This document shows, piece by piece, positions 58,788-64,000 of a stretch of DNA of 64,000 bases. Position 1 is the stretch's first letter; each line of letters starts with the position of its first letter. A model generated the notes under the pieces. It saw only the letters and a program-made list of their open reading frames with translations, searched no databases and was not told where the DNA came from. The position numbers and the translations under genes were made by a program. The DNA is taken from positions 128,001 through 192,000 of the forward strand of contig CAXXFF010000003.1 of assembly GCA_963676835.2 (NCBI GenBank), in the 5' to 3' direction. This DNA comes from Marispirochaeta sp. (GTDB lineage Bacteria > Spirochaetota > Spirochaetia > JC444 > Marispirochaetaceae).

Positions 58788-61700
58788 TGAAGGAACATCA
58801 GGATCTTCTGAATGCCTGGGCCGAATCAGACTGGCAAGGACGGTCTGCAGATGTACAGCGGATTCTGATCCAGGCGGGGCGGTCCAAGATGCAGAGCTGG
58901 TACTATGATTTTCTTTCTGAAATGAGCCTGAACCAGGAAGAGGATATTGCCAGGGAAGCCGCTGAAGTACTGCTAAAACTGTATGGTAACGATGATGTTT
59001 ACCAGAGAATGTTGAACTCTTCCTCAAAAGATGTTCGTCAGCAGGCTGTTTACTTTTTTTTCCAGGATGATGCGCTGCCGGATAAACAGACTGCCAGAAA
59101 ACTTTTACAAATAGAGGAATATCACCAGAAAATAGTAGATGGCCTTATCGATCGTGTTAAGGAAACCCCACGGCTGCTCCCGGAACTCTTTGAACGCTAT
59201 AAAACCGCTGAAAATGAGCTGGAAAGAACCGGCTATGCACGGGTCTTATCAACAAGGATCCGCTATTTTATCATGCAGATAGACAAGGAGGATGCAGGCG
59301 AAATCAGAGAACTTATTGATGATATAATTACCCTGAGGCTTAGCTCTCCGATTATTAATTTTCTGAATATCAATAAAAATCTCTCCAAAGAAAAACTTCT
59401 TTTGGAAGCAATTGCACCACATTTTCATACCCATGAATATTTTCTTCATCAATGCCAAATGTACCTGAACCCGGAACTGAAAAAAAAGCTGAATCTTCCC
59501 CCGCTGCCAAGATCATACAGTACAAAAAAAATACAGCTGACACTAAAAGACCGCCAATATCTTATTGCTCTGGCCGCTCTCACGCTCTCAGTACCCTTCG
59601 TTATCTTCTTTCTGCTCAAAGGCGCCATTTTACCTTTTATGAGTAGAGAAGAAAAACTTGTTTCATTTATTTTCATGTACCACAGTATCTTCGCTGTATA
59701 CACTGTTGCCATTAACAGCATCTACTTTTTTCTGCTGATTCAGTCATGGAAAGGATTTCACGAAAAACAGCTAAACTGGGAGTCTGCAGGTAAGAAGTTC
59801 CTGTATACAAGCGGGATTCTGCCGTCTGTAACAATTCTTGCACCGGCATATAACGAAGAAAGTACGATAGCAGAAAGCATATATTCACTCCTGTCACTGC
59901 GATACCCGGACTCCGAACTTATAGTGATCAACGACGGCTCCAGCGATTCTACAATGGAAACCCTTGTATCCCAGTTCGACCTTCAACTTGTAGATTATTC
60001 TCTGAACGGAACAATCGAAACATCGCCGGTAAGGGGGCTCTATAAAAATGATCGCATTCCCAACCTGCTGGTAATAGATAAGGAGAACGGCGGAAAAGCA
60101 GATGCATTGAATACGGGGTTAAACATTGCTTCGGGAGAATATATCTGCAGCATTGATTCTGACAGCCTTTTAGAACCTGAATCATTAACAAAAATGATGT
60201 TTCAAACCCTCATTCGCTCTGAACGAACAGTTGCAGTTGGTGGGAATATTATTCCCGTTAACGGCTGCAGAGTAGAAAAAGGTGCGATCAGCGAAGTGCA
60301 CGTTGCACAGAACAAATACGCCAGATACCAGACCATAGAATACCTGCGTTCTTTTATAACCGGACGAATGGGTTGGGCCCGGATGAACATGCTCATGATT
60401 ATATCCGGTGCTTTCGGAGCATTCAGAAGGCAGGATGTCATGGACATCGGCGGATATATGACCGGTAAGGGCACGCAGAAAAAAGATACTGTCGGTGAGG
60501 ATATGGAACTTGTGGTCCGCCTGACACGCCATCTTCATGAGCAGAAAATTAAATACTTTGTCGATTATGCCCCCAATGCAAACTGCTGGACTGAAGTACC
60601 GGATAACCTGAAAGATCTGATGAAACAGCGTGATCGCTGGCAGAGGGTTCTCATAGAAAATCTGGTATATCACCGTAAAATGTTATTAAACAGGAACTAC
60701 GGGATTACAGGCCTCCTTGTTTTCCCCTACTTCTATCTGTTTGAATTGCTGGGACCATTCTGGGAAACGGGAGGCTATTTTGTCCTGATTCTGACCCTTC
60801 TTCTCGGGTTGCTGAGCAGTAAGGTTTTTCTCGTAATGTTTTCAATTGTCGTCCTTTTTGGAATTCTTATTTCATCTACTGCACTTTTCCTCTCCGAAAA
60901 AGGAATACTGACACTACCCAAACAGGATTTTGGAAGATTGGTTTCCAGAGCTGTAATGGAAAATCTCGGTTTCAGACAACTTATAAGCATGTACCGAACC
61001 TTCACGTACTTCTCATACCTTACAAAAAATAAAGATTGGCAGAAGTTTAAAAGAATCGGATTCAACTCCTCTGGTGATCATATCAGAAGCAATTCCACAG
61101 TGAGGGTGATTATTATTGCAGCTGTATCTGCAATCGCAGTGGCATTTACAGCCACAGCAGTCTATATGAAATATCTTCGGCCCGGCGGGCATGCCGGGAG
61201 TTTCACCTATGCAGTTTCGGATATACAAACGCCGGAAAAATACAAAATCAACCAGCTCGAGTGGCCTTTTCAAAACTCCCGGGGTTATAGAAAAGAGAGT
61301 CCGGCTGAAGTTTTTATTCTGTCATCAGTAGTACCTGCTGAAGCAAGCGATGAAGAAGCATTACGCGGCATTGACAGTGTAAAGGAACGGGCCAAGGACA
61401 GTTCATTGCTGGTCTGCAATGGGTTATTGCTTAATTCTGACATTCACCCTTTATACAGAAATCTGCTTCAGGATTATATTCAGGTGGAACCCTCAGGCTG
61501 GTCGGTAATCTATTCACGGGAAAAGGATCCTTCCCTGGTATTTCAGCATGAATCAGGAAAAATAATCACCTTGAAAGGAAAAGAACATTTCAACGGCAGG
61601 CCGCCAAATGCGCAATTTCGCGAACATTCTGCAAATATATATTCATGGATACCCATTTACAAAGCTGCGGGAGCTACACGGGTTACCACACTGGTAAACC

Positions 61701-63994
61701 TTGGCCTGAATCAAAAAGGAGGGAATCTGCTGCAGGAAGCAGGAATTCCCGAAGATATCCCGTTGATTATGGAAAATTACAATTATCCGACAGCAACTGC
61801 TTTTTTTACGGTCAATATTTATCATTCAACACCAGTCTCGGAACGTTCATGGCTTTTTAAAAGATATGCGTACAATCTGAAAACCACATTGTATAAGCAG
61901 GGCAGCAACGATGAACTTTACTGGCGCATTTTCGATCCATGGATTGATGATCTGGTGGAAACAATTACGGCCACCAACCCAAAGCCCATGGTGGAGACGG
62001 AAAAAACAATATTCACTACAGATAACAGTCAATTCTATATAAAAATACCGGGGGAGGATACAACTCCTTTTTATATAAAAGGCGTGAATCTTGGTACAGC
62101 ACTTCCGGGAAAATGGTTTACCGAACCACCTGAACGTGAACGCCTCTATTATCACTGGTTTACATCAATGAAAGAGATTCATCTCAACACGTTGAGAGTT
62201 TACACCCTGCTCCCTCCCTCTTTTTATCGTGCTTTCAGAAAATTCAATTTGGATCATCCCGCGGATCCACTCTATCTGATACAGGAGATATGGCCGGAAG
62301 AAAACCCGCCGAATAAGGATTATCTTGAAAGGCAGTACGATGAAACATACAGAAAAGAGATAACACTGAATATAGACGCTCTTCACGGTAAAGGAAATAT
62401 TCAATATCGCTTACACCAGGCCTGGGGGAATTATTCGAATGATGTCACACCATGGCTGATAGGGTATCTCATAGGTCGGGAGCTTGAGCCTGAGGAAGTC
62501 GAAGAGACTAATCAGCGTAATCCTGAATATATCTATCATGGCAATTTTGTTTCAGCCCCCCGGGGTCCTGCAACGGAAGCATGGTTGGCTGCAATGGTAG
62601 ATCATGCAATTAGCTACGAAACAGAAACCTACGGCACATCGCATCCCATGGGCATAGTGAGCTGGCCTCTTCTCGATCCACAACATCACCCTGTTGAATG
62701 GAATGATCCGAGGCTCCAGGGAAAAACACCCCCCACAGATAGAATCGAGATGGATATAAACCGCCTTATTGTTGAAAACAACTCCTTCGGGGGGTTATTC
62801 GGTGCGTACCACATCTACCCGAACTATCCTGATTTTATGAACAATCAGTCGTCATATGCAGAGTACAGAGACGACAAAGGAGTTTTCAGGTATGGTGGAT
62901 ACTTGAATGAATTTATCCGCACCCAGGTGAAATATCCGGCCATTGTCGCAGAATACGGAATATCAACAAGTGCAGCAGAAGCACATCACAGTCCCGATGG
63001 ATACCACCATGGAGGACTCTCCGAAGATAGCCAGGCAGAAGGGATAATCCGTATGACTGAAGCTATCCGCCGCGAGGGGTATGGCGGTTCAATTATCTTT
63101 GAGTGGATAGATGAGTGGGCAAAGAAAACATGGACAACCGAACCATTCATGATTCCCTATAACCGCCACGCCCTCTGGCATAACCCGCTGGATCCGGAGC
63201 AGAATTACGGAATAGTCGCCATGGCCGCCTCTTCAGAACGTTCTTTCAAGGAACATGCTGCAGCTGATTCCCCGATAAAAATTCAATTATGGGGTTCGGA
63301 AGCACATTTGTATATTCGGATAAATTACTTTGATCCGGATGTTTTTAATCTGCAGACCGGAAAAATACTTTTCGGGTTTGATACATATGCGCCAAACAAG
63401 GGGATTCTGAACTTTCCAAACCTCCCGGATTTCTCCACCCCCACGGGGATGGAGAGTATAGCTGAGATTAGTCTGAAAGAAAACAAGGCCCGGATTTTAA
63501 ATGCGACGGACTATAATATAGGCAATAATACCTTTGGAAGCTCCAGCCGGGAATCACAAACCTTTGACCCGATAAAAATACTTATTAACGCGGCATACAC
63601 GAACGAAAGAGGTATACCTGTTCCGGCATACTTCACTGAATGGGGAGAGCTGCATACGGGCCCCCTCGATGAAGCCCGTAACTCTTTCTATACAGACAAT
63701 GAGAGCTTAACACTGCGAATACCCTGGGGGCTGTTAAATGTAAGCGACCCCTCGACTGGTTTCGTTCTGGATAATCCGGAAAAGGTTACAACAGTACTGG
63801 CGGCCGACCAGCTGAACACCGCAAACAGCAGAGAAATACGTGTTTACGGGGTTTTAATAGACAATAGTAACCAGGTGCTATTCCAGTTCCCTGAACTTTC
63901 CTATACCTGGGGAAAATGGGACAAACCTGAATATACAGAAACACCTAAAAAGTCGGTCAGAATGCTTTCTGAATATTTTTCACAGATTGAATAA
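58787..63994 (+). CDS. Multidomain protein: HEAT-like + processive GT2 polysaccharide synthase + extracytoplasmic GH-A-clan TIM-barrel hydrolase
   Basis: GT2 motifs PAYNE, NDGS, KENGGKADALN, IDSDS, SGAF, GEDME, QRDRW with flanking TM helices. C-terminal IKGVNLG, NTLRVYT, GRELEP, AYHIYP, VAEYG, FEWIDEW. Confidence 0.8.
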   Translation: MKEHQDLLNAWAESDWQGRSADVQRILIQAGRSKMQSWYYDFLSEMSLNQEEDIAREAAEVLLKLYGNDDVYQRMLNSSSKDVRQQAVYFFFQDDALPDKQTARKLLQIEEYHQKIVDGLIDRVKETPRLLPELFERYKTAENELERTGYARVLSTRIRYFIMQIDKEDAGEIRELIDDIITLRLSSPIINFLNINKNLSKEKLLLEAIAPHFHTHEYFLHQCQMYLNPELKKKLNLPPLPRSYSTKKIQLTLKDRQYLIALAALTLSVPFVIFFLLKGAILPFMSREEKLVSFIFMYHSIFAVYTVAINSIYFFLLIQSWKGFHEKQLNWESAGKKFLYTSGILPSVTILAPAYNEESTIAESIYSLLSLRYPDSELIVINDGSSDSTMETLVSQFDLQLVDYSLNGTIETSPVRGLYKNDRIPNLLVIDKENGGKADALNTGLNIASGEYICSIDSDSLLEPESLTKMMFQTLIRSERTVAVGGNIIPVNGCRVEKGAISEVHVAQNKYARYQTIEYLRSFITGRMGWARMNMLMIISGAFGAFRRQDVMDIGGYMTGKGTQKKDTVGEDMELVVRLTRHLHEQKIKYFVDYAPNANCWTEVPDNLKDLMKQRDRWQRVLIENLVYHRKMLLNRNYGITGLLVFPYFYLFELLGPFWETGGYFVLILTLLLGLLSSKVFLVMFSIVVLFGILISSTALFLSEKGILTLPKQDFGRLVSRAVMENLGFRQLISMYRTFTYFSYLTKNKDWQKFKRIGFNSSGDHIRSNSTVRVIIIAAVSAIAVAFTATAVYMKYLRPGGHAGSFTYAVSDIQTPEKYKINQLEWPFQNSRGYRKESPAEVFILSSVVPAEASDEEALRGIDSVKERAKDSSLLVCNGLLLNSDIHPLYRNLLQDYIQVEPSGWSVIYSREKDPSLVFQHESGKIITLKGKEHFNGRPPNAQFREHSANIYSWIPIYKAAGATRVTTLVNLGLNQKGGNLLQEAGIPEDIPLIMENYNYPTATAFFTVNIYHSTPVSERSWLFKRYAYNLKTTLYKQGSNDELYWRIFDPWIDDLVETITATNPKPMVETEKTIFTTDNSQFYIKIPGEDTTPFYIKGVNLGTALPGKWFTEPPERERLYYHWFTSMKEIHLNTLRVYTLLPPSFYRAFRKFNLDHPADPLYLIQEIWPEENPPNKDYLERQYDETYRKEITLNIDALHGKGNIQYRLHQAWGNYSNDVTPWLIGYLIGRELEPEEVEETNQRNPEYIYHGNFVSAPRGPATEAWLAAMVDHAISYETETYGTSHPMGIVSWPLLDPQHHPVEWNDPRLQGKTPPTDRIEMDINRLIVENNSFGGLFGAYHIYPNYPDFMNNQSSYAEYRDDKGVFRYGGYLNEFIRTQVKYPAIVAEYGISTSAAEAHHSPDGYHHGGLSEDSQAEGIIRMTEAIRREGYGGSIIFEWIDEWAKKTWTTEPFMIPYNRHALWHNPLDPEQNYGIVAMAASSERSFKEHAAADSPIKIQLWGSEAHLYIRINYFDPDVFNLQTGKILFGFDTYAPNKGILNFPNLPDFSTPTGMESIAEISLKENKARILNATDYNIGNNTFGSSSRESQTFDPIKILINAAYTNERGIPVPAYFTEWGELHTGPLDEARNSFYTDNESLTLRIPWGLLNVSDPSTGFVLDNPEKVTTVLAADQLNTANSREIRVYGVLIDNSNQVLFQFPELSYTWGKWDKPEYTETPKKSVRMLSEYFSQIE

Positions 63995-64000
63995 ATCGGA

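Overview
Bacterial chromosome segment, most likely a free-living spirochaete. This is inferred from the tRNA-Arg(UCG), the tRNA cluster followed by tig-clpP-clpX-lon, an LPP20-type lipoprotein and spirochaete-style hypothetical proteins. Positions 1-38.7 kb are core housekeeping genes: recQ, rpmB, class II RNR nrdJ with tandem NrdR boxes, xseAB, rarA, five tRNAs, tig-clpP-clpX-lon, leuCD, an aminotransferase-iorAB-paaK-paaK-ACT block, a sigma-factor-like gene behind a sigma54-type promoter, rdgB and pepF. At 38,775-47,018 an intact ~8.2 kb element is integrated in tRNA-Leu(GAG), bounded by perfect 56-bp att repeats. It encodes a tyrosine integrase, RHH and Xis-like regulators, an iteron-containing replication initiator, a tail tape-measure-like protein, an HK97 prohead protease, an HK97 major capsid protein and a putative small terminase. 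It has no recognisable portal, large terminase, tail tube or lysis genes, so it is best read as a phage satellite with an unusual 'own capsid + own tape measure' gene set. A GGTGGCC-N4/5-GGTGGCT motif marks both ends of the element and the boundaries of its head and tape-measure modules. Downstream of attR lie two ~179-bp structured repeats with ANGGA-loop hairpins. From 52.9 kb to the end is a polysaccharide synthesis/export-like locus: deacetylase-beta-barrel fusion, GH16, STAS, MBL/GGDEF-like/REC regulator, and a giant HEAT-GT2-glycoside hydrolase fusion whose N-terminus is split at an in-phase A_AAA_AAG slippery site.
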